Part shown: piece by piece, positions 8,640-17,698 of the stretch
Layout of the letters: every line of letters begins with the position of its first letter
Numbering within the stretch: position 1 is the stretch's first letter
NCBI GenBank assembly: GCA_040904565.1
Contig: JBBDTI010000046.1
Location: 1-37,868, forward strand
Source: Rhodothermales bacterium
GTDB taxonomy: Bacteria > Bacteroidota > Rhodothermia > Rhodothermales > VXPQ01
Length of the DNA: 37,868 nt
Direction of reading: 5' to 3'
Notes under the pieces: generated by a model
Database searches by the model: none
What the model was told of the DNA's origin: nothing
What the model saw: the letters and a program-made list of their open reading frames with translations, nothing else
Position numbers and translations under genes: made by a program

Positions 8640-9806
8640 GTGATTACGCATCGATCTGTTATAGTAGTCCTGATTACGTTCCTCGCGACGGGTTGCTCGA
8701 CGCTCCGTCTCGATCACCGGAATGCTGCTCTTCCGATATGGTCGACGGAGGGCGAAACGCCGCTGCGCCACCATGCTACGCCGAATCGGATTACGCCGCC
8801 GCTCGATATCAAGTGGGATTTTAACGGTGGCGCCGGATTCGGCACGGTCTCTCCCCTCATCGTAGGCGACGTCATCTTCGTCGCCAATCTCAAAGGTGAG
8901 GTGCACGCCATCGATATCGAGTCCGGTCGCCGGGTCGGCAGGGCCGAGTTCGGTGACTCCATAGAGGGGACGCCGGTGTACGCGGATGGTACCCTCGTCA
9001 TCCCCATCGCGTGGGGCGGCGTGGCGCTGTATGCCCATAACCTGTTGCAGGGTGATCGCAAATGGCGCGTTAGAGGTGCCCCCGTAAGCTCGGGGCTCGT
9101 CGTTTATGACGGTACCGTAATTGCGGGAGATGTCGAAGGAATCGTACGTGCGTACAGCCTGTCGGACGGGGAGGAGCTCTGGTCGACCGCCCTGGACTCG
9201 ACGTCGAGCATCTTTTCGACGCCGACACTTGTCGGTGAGCGATTGATAGCGGCGAGCGACAACGGTCGCGTGGTTGCCCTCGACGTGTCGTCCGGATCCA
9301 TCGACTGGTCGGTCGATGCAGGGGCGCCGGTGCACGTCTCTCTGGCCGCGGATGAAGCGGCGGTGTACGCGGCGACGACGCGGGGCCGGATCCTAGCGCT
9401 GGATATCGCCAGTGGTGCTACCCGATGGGAGTATCTCCTTCCCGGTGAAGACGTCTATTTTTCGGCACCGGCCATCGGGGAATGGGAGATCGTGTTCGGT
9501 GCCTCGGACGGTATCGTGCGTGCGTTGAACGTCGAGGACGGATCCCAGCGGTGGACGGCCGATGTGTCCGACGCCGTGACGGCTCCACCCGTGCTTACGG
9601 ATCACCTCGTCTACGTAGGCACCATGGGCGGCAATGTGGTAGCGCTCGACCGAGCTGAAGGTACGTCGAGCTGGCAAACGTCGCTCGAGGGCCGCGTAAA
9701 ATCGGCGTTCGCCGTCAAAGACTCGCGGCTCGTCGTGCTGGCGGAGCCTCGACTCGTCTACCTGCTCGAACCGAGTTCAGATGCATATGCAAACCATGAG
9801 GAATAG
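8640..9806 (+). CDS. PQQ-like beta-propeller lipoprotein (BamB-like)
   Basis: GTG 2 nt after the Omp85 stop. Lipobox LATG|C (Cys codon 8694-8696). Repeated G-x-V-x-A-L-D-x3-G-x3-W units. Confidence 0.85.
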   Translation: MITHRSVIVVLITFLATGCSTLRLDHRNAALPIWSTEGETPLRHHATPNRITPPLDIKWDFNGGAGFGTVSPLIVGDVIFVANLKGEVHAIDIESGRRVGRAEFGDSIEGTPVYADGTLVIPIAWGGVALYAHNLLQGDRKWRVRGAPVSSGLVVYDGTVIAGDVEGIVRAYSLSDGEELWSTALDSTSSIFSTPTLVGERLIAASDNGRVVALDVSSGSIDWSVDAGAPVHVSLAADEAAVYAATTRGRILALDIASGATRWEYLLPGEDVYFSAPAIGEWEIVFGASDGIVRALNVEDGSQRWTADVSDAVTAPPVLTDHLVYVGTMGGNVVALDRAEGTSSWQTSLEGRVKSAFAVKDSRLVVLAEPRLVYLLEPSSDAYANHEE

Positions 9807-10572
9807 CGTCCTTCTGCTGGTACTGATCGGGCTGTTCGCGGTACCCGATGCGCTGGCGCAGGACGACATATACGTGGGTGTCAATACGAATTATCCTCAG
9901 GCCCTCGTCTATGCGGATAGCCTGCTGATCGGTTCCGTGCCGGACGGACTCGTGGTGGTGCCCGGGAAGACCCGCGCACTTCGACTCGTGCCCCCCGACC
10001 CGGATTCCTGGTCGGTCGCTCCGGTTTCCACGCCGCTGGATGCCGAGGCCGGTGACACGGTCGAGGTTCAACTCGACTTTCTCTACCATTACCGGGTAGA
10101 GTCCGTCCCCTTCGGCGCGGACGTCCTCCTGGAAGATGAGCGGGAACGACGGCGCATCGGCGAGACGCCGCTGCTGTACCGGTCGCCCCGGCCCCTGAGC
10201 GGAAAACTGCTCGTCCGGCTCGACGGCTACGCGGTCGAACGTGTCGTTCCCGGCCAGGAGATTTGGAACCGTCACGTCGTAAGCATGATGCCGTCTGACG
10301 ATCTGGACCCGACTGCCGCGCAGGTTAGCTGGACGCCCCCTCGGAGGCACCGGGACTGGATCGATTACGCGGCGCTCGGAACGGCCGTCGCCGCCGGCGT
10401 GCTGGCCGTGCGTTACAAGTTCAAGGCGGATGGATTGCACGCGACGTACCATGATACGGGCGATCCCCGAATCCGCTCCGATATTCAGATGTACGATACG
10501 AGATCGGCCGTAGCGCTCGGCGTCATGCAGGCAGGTATCGGCGTGTTTGCCGTACGGCTGGCCCTTCGCTAG
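9787..10572 (+). CDS. Secreted PEGA-like domain protein with hydrophobic C-terminal segments
   Basis: Signal peptide (ALA|QD). PEGA-like motifs SVPFGADV, IGETPL and LDGY. Overlaps the upstream stop. Start could be 9781, 9787 or 9796. Confidence 0.65.
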   Translation: MQTMRNSVLLLVLIGLFAVPDALAQDDIYVGVNTNYPQALVYADSLLIGSVPDGLVVVPGKTRALRLVPPDPDSWSVAPVSTPLDAEAGDTVEVQLDFLYHYRVESVPFGADVLLEDERERRRIGETPLLYRSPRPLSGKLLVRLDGYAVERVVPGQEIWNRHVVSMMPSDDLDPTAAQVSWTPPRRHRDWIDYAALGTAVAAGVLAVRYKFKADGLHATYHDTGDPRIRSDIQMYDTRSAVALGVMQAGIGVFAVRLALR

Positions 10573-10670
10573 CAGGCGGTGCGGGAACGTCGTATTCTAG
10601 CAGTCATTCCACGCCCCCGTTCGACGACCATCCGAATCGATATTCATCACGAACCTCCTGATAGAACCCG

Positions 10671-11123
10671 ATGCTCAAAGAGCAACTTGCGGACGATCTC
10701 AAATCGGCCATGCGTGCAAAAGACGCCGTTCGCTTGCGTACGATACGCGCGCTTCGAGCCGCGTTAATGGAAAAGGAGATCGAACAACGTCAAGGCGGTT
10801 CGGCGACGCTTACCGAAGATCAGGAGCTGGCCGTGCTGCAGAAACAGGCGAAGCAGCGCCGTGACGCCATCGAGCAGTACGAGGATGCCGGCCGGGACGA
10901 CCTCAAGGAGAAGGAGGAAGAAGAACTCGTTATCATTGAGGAATACCTGCCGAGGCAGCTAACGGAGGACGAAGTCCGTGGTGTCGTCCGTGAAGTAATC
11001 GAAACGACGGGTGCCGAATCGAAAGCGGATATGGGGAAGGTCATGGGAGCGGCGATGGGGAGGCTTCGCGGACGCGCTGACGGCAGCATGGTACAGCGAG
11101 TGGCCGTTGAGCTGTTGTCGTAA
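10671..11123 (+). CDS. GatB/YqeY domain protein
   Basis: LKEQLADDLKSAMRAKD, KQRRDAIEQY...GRDDL, YLPRQL and DMGKVMG. Confidence 0.95.
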   Translation: MLKEQLADDLKSAMRAKDAVRLRTIRALRAALMEKEIEQRQGGSATLTEDQELAVLQKQAKQRRDAIEQYEDAGRDDLKEKEEEELVIIEEYLPRQLTEDEVRGVVREVIETTGAESKADMGKVMGAAMGRLRGRADGSMVQRVAVELLS

Positions 11124-11151
11124 AGAGGGTTCAAAACGAGCGAGAGATAGC

Positions 11152-11700
11152 ATGGAGCTGGAAGCTCTGGACATACTGATAGCCATCATTCTCGTTGTCG
11201 GGATCGTCCGTGGCGTGGTTACCGGTGCGGTGCGACAGCTGATCAGCTTTCTCGGTACGATCGTCGCTATCGTGCTTGCCATGGAGGTCATGGATCCCGT
11301 CGGAGCCGCCGCCGGAAATCTGCTTCCCATGACGGAATCGCTCGAGCCGGTCGTAGGATTCATTACCGTATTCGTTGCTATTCAGGTCGTTCTGCTGCTC
11401 GCCGTCCGTTTTATTGAGGCCGGCGTTAAGGCGCTGAAACTGAGTCCGGTGAACCGCGTCATCGGGGCGGCGGTCGGGGCCTGCAAGGCGGCTCTCATAC
11501 TGAGCGTGCTGTTCCTGGGCCTCGAATTTTTCGACGTTCCGGAAGAAGACAACCGGGATGCATCGGTACTGTACGAGCCCGTGGCTTCCGTTTTTCCGGT
11601 GACGTGGGACTACGTCGCGCTGCACCTTCCGATGGTCCGCAATCTTTCGGACCGCTTCGGCAAAGAGGTCGACAGGGTTCTCAGCGATCGGATGCCGTAG
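11152..11700 (+). CDS. cvpA: CvpA (colicin V production) family membrane protein
   Basis: LDILIAIIL...RGVVTGAVRQL and NRVIGAAVG; four TM helices. Confidence 0.88.
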   Translation: MELEALDILIAIILVVGIVRGVVTGAVRQLISFLGTIVAIVLAMEVMDPVGAAAGNLLPMTESLEPVVGFITVFVAIQVVLLLAVRFIEAGVKALKLSPVNRVIGAAVGACKAALILSVLFLGLEFFDVPEEDNRDASVLYEPVASVFPVTWDYVALHLPMVRNLSDRFGKEVDRVLSDRMP

Positions 11701-11741
11701 AGCCGGAATCGGACGACTCTGTCGCCTGTGATGTACGCGAT

Positions 11742-12677
11742 CTATCCCTGCGGCGGAGCCGGTATCGGGTGACGGGCCCGGCGCATGGCCAACACGCCGC
11801 CGATGACGAACAGTCCGCCGATTACCTGACTCACGGTAATCGTTTCTCCCAGCATGAAGTAACTGCTAAAGACGGCCACGACGGGAACGAGATTACCGAA
11901 CACCGCCGTGTCGGACGCACCGACCCGGTTTACGGCATTGTTCCACAGCGCAATGGCCAGTCCGGTCGACAGCGCGCCCGAATAGATCACGGCGGTCCAG
12001 TGCACCCACGTAATCTGATCCCACACCACGTGGTTGTAGTAGGGAATGCCCAGGGCGAATAAGAAAGGGAGCGCAAAGAGGAGGCCCAGGAAGGTGAGAC
12101 CGGTCGGAGAGACGTAGCGCAGTGCCGGCTTGTTCAGTGCCGTATACACTCCCCAGGTCAATGCGGCGGCCAGCATGATTAAATTGCCTACGAACGTATC
12201 GCTACCGAAGTGCACCGAATCGGTGCCGCCGAGCACGATGATGACGGCGCCGAGGAGGACGACGAAAAGTGCAATCCACGATCCTCTGGACAGCGATTCC
12301 GTTCGCATCCAGTAGCCCGTCATGGCCGTCCACAGCGGCGAACTGGCCATGATGAGTGCCGCGTTTCCGGCCGTCGTCAGGTTGATGCCGACGATGAAGC
12401 AGAACTGATAGACCAGGAATCCGAGAAGCCCGAGTGATGCGATGTACCGCCCATGGTCACGGAGCGGTTGCCAAAGGGGCAAACCCAGGCTCCGGCGCCC
12501 GTGTACATACAATCCCCCGAGGACGGTCACCGATGCCACGAATCGAAAGGCGTTCAAGACGTGCGGATGCATGACCTGGAGCACGAATTTGACGATGGGA
12601 AAATTAAATCCCCAGATGAAGATGACCAGGATAAGAGCTGCCTCGGCCTTCCATGCGTGATCCCTCGGTGCCGTCAT
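11742..12677 (-). CDS. DMT/EamA family transporter
   Basis: IWGFNFPIVK, two EamA repeats, about 10 TM helices, LGETIT...IGGLFVIGG. Start could extend to GTG 12764. Confidence 0.92.
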   Translation of the reverse strand: MTAPRDHAWKAEAALILVIFIWGFNFPIVKFVLQVMHPHVLNAFRFVASVTVLGGLYVHGRRSLGLPLWQPLRDHGRYIASLGLLGFLVYQFCFIVGINLTTAGNAALIMASSPLWTAMTGYWMRTESLSRGSWIALFVVLLGAVIIVLGGTDSVHFGSDTFVGNLIMLAAALTWGVYTALNKPALRYVSPTGLTFLGLLFALPFLFALGIPYYNHVVWDQITWVHWTAVIYSGALSTGLAIALWNNAVNRVGASDTAVFGNLVPVVAVFSSYFMLGETITVSQVIGGLFVIGGVLAMRRARHPIPAPPQG

Positions 12678-12829
12678 GTGCTGTTGATTCCTTTGTTCGA
12701 TAGGCGCCACGCCGGCCGCGCCGAGTATTCGCTCCTGCACATTCGGCAACCTAATATCCGCCACTATACATTCACGGACCGGCTTTCGTACCTTGACGAC
12801 GATTCTCTGTTCTTCCGCAGATCCGATCT

Positions 12830-13168
12830 ATGCACGAAGACGGCATTAAAAAACTGTATTACTCCATCGGAGAAGTCAGCGAGATGACGGACCTGGAGCC
12901 GCACGTGCTGCGGTACTGGGAGTCCGAATTCGAACAGCTCAAGCCTCGTAAGAATCGAGCGGGGCGGCGTGTCTACACCGATGAAGATATCGAGATGGTG
13001 CAGCGCGTCCATCATCTGCTGAAAGAGGACAAGTACACCATCGAGGGGGCCAAGCAGGTGCTCGACCAACGCGAGGGAGGAGAGATTACCTGGAGCGAGC
13101 ACCGGCGGGACCTGGTCGAGCTGCGGGCCTTTCTTGAGAATCTACTCGAGCAGGTGGAGGGCGAGTAG
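12830..13168 (+). CDS. MerR-family HTH regulator (short type usually linked to ihfA)
   Basis: YYSIGEVS...PHVLRYWESEF.QLKP.KNRAGRRVY...YTIEGAK; no effector domain. Confidence 0.93.
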   Translation: MHEDGIKKLYYSIGEVSEMTDLEPHVLRYWESEFEQLKPRKNRAGRRVYTDEDIEMVQRVHHLLKEDKYTIEGAKQVLDQREGGEITWSEHRRDLVELRAFLENLLEQVEGE

Positions 13169-13261
13169 GCGGTACACGCATCATTCCTTCCGCCCCCTTC
13201 ATGCGCCCCACGTCGCACTCATGGCAAGCTCCACGCTCACGATGTGCATTTCTCGGCGAAC

Positions 13262-13280
13262 GTTCAGGAACTTCTTGAAC
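13262..13280. promoter_or_regulatory. Near-perfect 19-bp palindrome, candidate operator
   Basis: GTTCAGGAA-C-TTCTTGAAC (8 of 9 positions symmetric), about 80 nt upstream of the methyltransferase/ATP-grasp gene. Confidence 0.4.
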
Positions 13281-13358
13281 CGATAGCGTTGCAGCGAGCG
13301 AAAATCCGGCCCATCCGGTACCCCATCAAGGAGTCCTTAACAGTGGAGCATTAACATA

Positions 13359-15278
13359 TTGAGCACGGTGAAAAGAACGGCGTCCGCGACGTCGACACGT
13401 ACTCTGGGCCCAGTCGACGATCTGGAGCCGTTCGTCCCGGCGGAATGGTGGCGCGCCCTCTTCGGGTCGACCTATCTGCTGACGGACGCGGACGTGATGG
13501 ATGCGTCCGTCACCGAGATGGAGACGTCGCGCTTCATCGAACTTCTTCAATTGCTGCCGGACGAGTCGGTGCTCGATCTCTGCTGCGGACACGGTCGGCA
13601 CGCGATAGAGCTGGCCAGGCGGGGATATTCACGCGTGGAAGGCCTCGACCGGTCCCGCTATCTCATTCGCAAGGCTCGCGAGGCGGCCCGCCGAGAAGGG
13701 CTCAGCATGCGATTCCGTGAAGGCGACAGCCGACGTTTGTCGTATCCGGCGCGTACGTTCGATGCCGTTCTCCTCGCCGGTAACAGCTTCGGTTACTTTG
13801 ATTCGCGTGAAGAAAACCTGAAGGTGCTTCAGGAATCGGGCCGCGTGCTCAAAGAGAACGGCCGGCTGCTTCTGGACGTCGTGGATGCGAATTACCTCCG
13901 CGAGCATTTTGCTCCCAGGTCGTGGGAATGGCTGGACGCTCGCCATTTCGTGTGTCGTGAACGGACGCTTTCGGAGGACGGGTCACGCCTGTTCTCTCGA
14001 GAGGTCATTACGAATACGGAAGAAGGTGTCCTGGCCGATCAGTTCTATGCGGAATGCCTTTTTAACGACGAAGAGCTGCGATCGCTCCTCGAAGAGGCGG
14101 GATTCGAGGATGTGGAGCCGGCCGGCTCGCACGCGCCTCCGTCGCAGCGGATGCAGGATACCGGGATGATGGGACACCGGACCATCTTCACGGCACGTCG
14201 GGGGCGCCGCGTATCCGCCGCGGACACGCGGCATGCCGCGCGGAAGCGGCACGTAGCCGTCGTTATGGGGGACCCGCGCCTTCCGGATGACATGAAGCTG
14301 GGAGGCGTGTTCGATGAGGATGACTTCTATACCATCGACCAGCTTCGTGAGGCGTTGCGGTCGCTGGACGGATATGAGATCACGTACGTCGACGACCACG
14401 CGAAGCTTGTAGATCGGATCAAGGAGTTGTCTGACCTTGACTTCGTGCTGAACCTGTGCGATGAGGGATACATGAACGATCCCCGTAAGGAGATGCACGT
14501 GCCGGCCTTGCTGGATGTCGCCGGCGTGCCGTACTCTGGTGCCGGACCCCAGTGTCTCGCCTTTTGCTACGATAAGTCGCTCGTTCGCGGCGTGGCGCGT
14601 GAAATGGGGATTCCCGTGCCTGAAGCTCGTTTCGTCCGGCCCGGAACGTCGACGATCGATCTGGTCGACGTCGGGTACCCGGTCATCGTTAAACCGAATT
14701 CCGGAGACTCCAGCGTGGGCATCACGGCGCAGAGCGTGGCCTATACGCCCGACGATCTCGCCGTCTCACTGAAGACGGTCCGGTCCCAGGTCGGTACGCA
14801 CCGCCCCCTGCTCGTGGAGGAATTTCTTACGGGAAAGGACCTCACCATCGGAATCATCGGAAACGCGGCAGGCGGCTATACCGTGCTGCCCGTCACGGAA
14901 GACGATTACTCGGGACTCCCTCCGGATCTTCCGCCTATCTGTGGCTACGAAGCAAAGTGGCTCCCCGAATCCCCCTATATGCTGGACGTCCAGACGGTCC
15001 TCGCAGATATCTCCGACGCCACGCGTGGACTGATCGAGGAGTGTTCCATTGCGTTGTTCGAGCGACTAGGATGCCGCGACTATGCCCGGTTCGACTGGCG
15101 CCTCAATGCGGCCGGCCATCCTCGACTCCTGGAGGCTAATCCCAATCCGGGCTGGTGCTGGGACGGACATCTCGCGAAGCAGGCGGCATTTGCCGGGCAC
15201 TCATACAGCGACATGCTGCAACGTATTCTGGACGCGGCCGAGCGGCGAATCCGCCCAGGTGTTGCCGTGGCGGCGTAG
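13359..15278 (+). CDS. Fusion of a class I SAM methyltransferase and a D-Ala-D-Ala-ligase-like ATP-grasp enzyme
   Basis: N-half: VLDLCCGHGRH, GLDRS, GDSRRL, NSFGYF, RVLKENGRLLLD. C-half: CYDKSL, YPVIVKPNSGDSSVGI, LVEEFLTG, YEAKW, RDYARFDWR, LEANPNPG. TTG start after GGAG. Confidence 0.88.
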   Translation: MSTVKRTASATSTRTLGPVDDLEPFVPAEWWRALFGSTYLLTDADVMDASVTEMETSRFIELLQLLPDESVLDLCCGHGRHAIELARRGYSRVEGLDRSRYLIRKAREAARREGLSMRFREGDSRRLSYPARTFDAVLLAGNSFGYFDSREENLKVLQESGRVLKENGRLLLDVVDANYLREHFAPRSWEWLDARHFVCRERTLSEDGSRLFSREVITNTEEGVLADQFYAECLFNDEELRSLLEEAGFEDVEPAGSHAPPSQRMQDTGMMGHRTIFTARRGRRVSAADTRHAARKRHVAVVMGDPRLPDDMKLGGVFDEDDFYTIDQLREALRSLDGYEITYVDDHAKLVDRIKELSDLDFVLNLCDEGYMNDPRKEMHVPALLDVAGVPYSGAGPQCLAFCYDKSLVRGVAREMGIPVPEARFVRPGTSTIDLVDVGYPVIVKPNSGDSSVGITAQSVAYTPDDLAVSLKTVRSQVGTHRPLLVEEFLTGKDLTIGIIGNAAGGYTVLPVTEDDYSGLPPDLPPICGYEAKWLPESPYMLDVQTVLADISDATRGLIEECSIALFERLGCRDYARFDWRLNAAGHPRLLEANPNPGWCWDGHLAKQAAFAGHSYSDMLQRILDAAERRIRPGVAVAA

Positions 15279-15397
15279 TTCGAACCCGTCGCCGAAGAAG
15301 TTTCGACCGATGAGATAGCGTCGCACAGGCAGCGCCCGCCGGAGGGTGCGGCCCGCGCGCAAGCATCGTGAACCTTCGGCAAAACCGGGCGTTGCAC

Positions 15398-15426
15398 TTG
15401 TCGAGGCGGAAGGTGCAGCCTACCTT
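15398..15426 (+). promoter_or_regulatory. Putative sigma70-type promoter of tRNA-Pro
   Basis: TTGTCG-N17-TACCTT, about 70 nt upstream of the tRNA. Confidence 0.45.
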
Positions 15427-15498
15427 CACATAACGATTATTGGACGATAGGTCGCCGCCTTCCAGTACCAGGAGATGGCGACCCGTCGCCATCATATT

Positions 15499-15572
15499 CG
15501 GGACGTGGCGCAGTCCGGTAGCGCACTTGCATGGGGTGCAAGGGGTCGTGGGTTCGAATCCCGCCGTCCCGA
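15499..15572 (+). tRNA. tRNA-Pro (GGG), CCA not encoded
   Basis: Acceptor stem CGGGACG/CGTCCCG-A, D arm GCGCAGTCCGGTAGCGC, anticodon arm CTTGC-ATGGGGT-GCAAG, T arm GTGGG-TTCGAAT-CCCGC. Confidence 0.97.
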
Positions 15573-15579
15573 CACAGCG

Positions 15580-15615
15580 ATGCCCTGACGACAGCAGATC
15601 GTCGGGGCATTTTTT
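15580..15615 (+). terminator. Rho-independent terminator after tRNA-Pro
   Basis: ATGCCCTGACGA-CAGCAGA-TCGTCGGGGCAT stem followed by TTTTT. Confidence 0.85.
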
Positions 15616-15812
15616 GTATCATCTCGATGGCTTCGTTGGTCGACAGCCCGCCTCCCGCCGTCTTGCGGCACGTGTATGCCGTCCCTCTTCCCGAACGGTT
15701 AGCGAAAGGACGGGCTATTTAATAACTTTGCGAACTGCAGTTGATCCTGACTTTGTAGCGCGAGGTTGGGTACGGTATACGATCTGTAAAACCAGTAACG
15801 AGTACGTGAGAC

Positions 15813-16979
15813 ATGGATAGAAAGCTACGCTATGGAATGGTTGGCGGTGGACCCGGTGCGTTCATTGGCGACGTACACCGGAAGGCGGCGGCCCTCGATG
15901 GTCGCATTGACCTTGTCGCAGGAGCGTTTTCATCCGATCCCGCAAAGTCGAAGCAGCAGGGCCGCGACCTGTATCTCGATCCGGCCCGTGTCTACGGCTC
16001 CTACGAGGAGATGGCCGAGAAAGAGAGGGCCCTTCCCGAAGACGAGCGTATCGATTTCGTCTCTATCGTGACACCCAATTTCTTGCATTTTCCGATCGCA
16101 AAGACGTTCATCGAGCGTGGATTTCACGTCGTCTGCGACAAGCCGATGACCAACACGATCGAGGAGGCGGAGAAACTCTGCCGGCTTGTGTCAGAGCATG
16201 ACGTGGTTTTTGCCCTTACCCATAATTATACGGGCTATCCCATGGTCAAGCAGGCCCGCGCGATGGTCCGGAACGGGGATCTGGGGGAGATCAGGAAGGT
16301 CGTCGTCGAGTATCCTCAGGGCTGGCTGGCTACGAAGCTCGAAGATACGGGCATGAAGCAGGCCGCCTGGCGTACGGATCCGTCTAAAGCGGGCGTCTCG
16401 TCGGCCGTCGGTGACATCGGCTCGCACGCGGAAAATCTGGCACGCTACATCACGGGGCTCGAGATCGAGTGGCTGTGCGCCGACATCACGACGTTCGTTC
16501 CGGGGCGCGAGCTGGAGGACGACGCAAATATGCTCGTTCACTACCAGGGGGGCGCAAGAGGCGTCCTCTATTGTTCTCAGGTCTCCGTCGGTGAGGAGAA
16601 CGACATCAACATCCGCGTATATGGCACGAAGGGTTCCATCGAATGGCATCAGGAGAACCCCAATTACCTCTCGTTTCGGACGAACGACGGACCCGAACAG
16701 GTTTTCAAGAGAGGTAACGATTATCTCGTAGACGCTGCCAAACTCAGTTCACGATTGCCGTCGGGCCATCCCGAAGCCTTTATTGAGGCTTTTGCGAACA
16801 TCTACGTGCACGCTGCCCGCGCGATCGAGGCTAAGATCACCGGCACTGAGGCTGATCCGATGGAGACGGACTTTCCGACCGTGCAGGACGGCGCCGTTGG
16901 CGTTCACTTCATTCACAAGGCTATCGAAAGCGGAAAAGCTCGAGATTGGATCGATGCATCCTATTCACCACCCGCATGA
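15813..16979 (+). CDS. Gfo/Idh/MocA family NAD(P)-dependent oxidoreductase
   Basis: [33 protein letters not shown] and GDIGSHA. Confidence 0.93.
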   Translation: MDRKLRYGMVGGGPGAFIGDVHRKAAALDGRIDLVAGAFSSDPAKSKQQGRDLYLDPARVYGSYEEMAEKERALPEDERIDFVSIVTPNFLHFPIAKTFIERGFHVVCDKPMTNTIEEAEKLCRLVSEHDVVFALTHNYTGYPMVKQARAMVRNGDLGEIRKVVVEYPQGWLATKLEDTGMKQAAWRTDPSKAGVSSAVGDIGSHAENLARYITGLEIEWLCADITTFVPGRELEDDANMLVHYQGGARGVLYCSQVSVGEENDINIRVYGTKGSIEWHQENPNYLSFRTNDGPEQVFKRGNDYLVDAAKLSSRLPSGHPEAFIEAFANIYVHAARAIEAKITGTEADPMETDFPTVQDGAVGVHFIHKAIESGKARDWIDASYSPPA

Positions 16980-17039
16980 ATGGGGCAGGTGACTCGTCGC
17001 GACATCCATCCAACTCACAGACAAGCAAGGGTACGTCGA

Positions 17040-17675
17040 ATGGCCGAAGATATTCGGACCGTTGTTTTTGACTTCGGCGGGGTTCTTATCGACTGGAATC
17101 CCCGCTACGTATATCGGGAGATCTTCGATGGAGACGAGGATCGGGTGGAGTGGTTTCTTACCAACATCTGCACGCCGGAATGGAATGCCCGGCAGGATGC
17201 CGGTCGATCGATGGAAGCCGCTACAAAGGCGCTCGTCGCGAGATTCCCCGAGCATGAGGAACATATCCGAGCCTACTACGATCGGTGGGAAGAGATGATC
17301 GGCGGTGCCATTGAGGATACGGTCGAGATCCTTCGGTCGGTCCGTGACGGGCCGCTAGGACTCTACGGCCTCACCAACTGGTCCGCCGAGTGTTTTCCGG
17401 TAGCGCTCGAGATGTTCGATTTTCTCGACTGGTTCGAAGGTATCGTGGTTTCGGGTGAGGTGGGACTCATCAAGCCGAACGAGGAAATCTATCATCATCT
17501 CGTCGACACGTTCGATCTCAGTCCGTCATCTACGGTCTTTATCGACGACTCAGCCGCCAACATCGAGACCGCGCGTGCTCTCGGATTCGCCGGAATTCAT
17601 TTTACGGGCGCGGACCGGCTGCGGTCTGATCTGAAGAAGTTGGGCATCGAACTCGCAGCAGCTAACAATCAGTAA
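17040..17675 (+). CDS. HAD-superfamily phosphatase (YihX-like, subfamily IA)
   Basis: VVFDFGGVL, LTNW, KPNEEIY and VFIDDS..N. Confidence 0.92.
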   Translation: MAEDIRTVVFDFGGVLIDWNPRYVYREIFDGDEDRVEWFLTNICTPEWNARQDAGRSMEAATKALVARFPEHEEHIRAYYDRWEEMIGGAIEDTVEILRSVRDGPLGLYGLTNWSAECFPVALEMFDFLDWFEGIVVSGEVGLIKPNEEIYHHLVDTFDLSPSSTVFIDDSAANIETARALGFAGIHFTGADRLRSDLKKLGIELAAANNQ

Positions 17676-17698
17676 TTACTTGACAGGAGGATTCAACG

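Noticed and set aside
13359-15278. Annotation as ddl
   Set aside because: Ddl substrate-binding motifs are missing and there is no dcw context, so no gene symbol was assigned.
15278-15295. GTTCGAACCCGTCGCCGA resembling the tRNA 3' end (possible att remnant)
   Set aside because: Short gapped match, upstream of the tRNA rather than downstream, with no integrase. Better explained as part of a hairpin at the gene end.
15723-15730. TAACTTTG matching the Bacteroidota -7 promoter element
   Set aside because: The matching -33 TTTG is absent (TTAG), and a single 8-mer is too weak.
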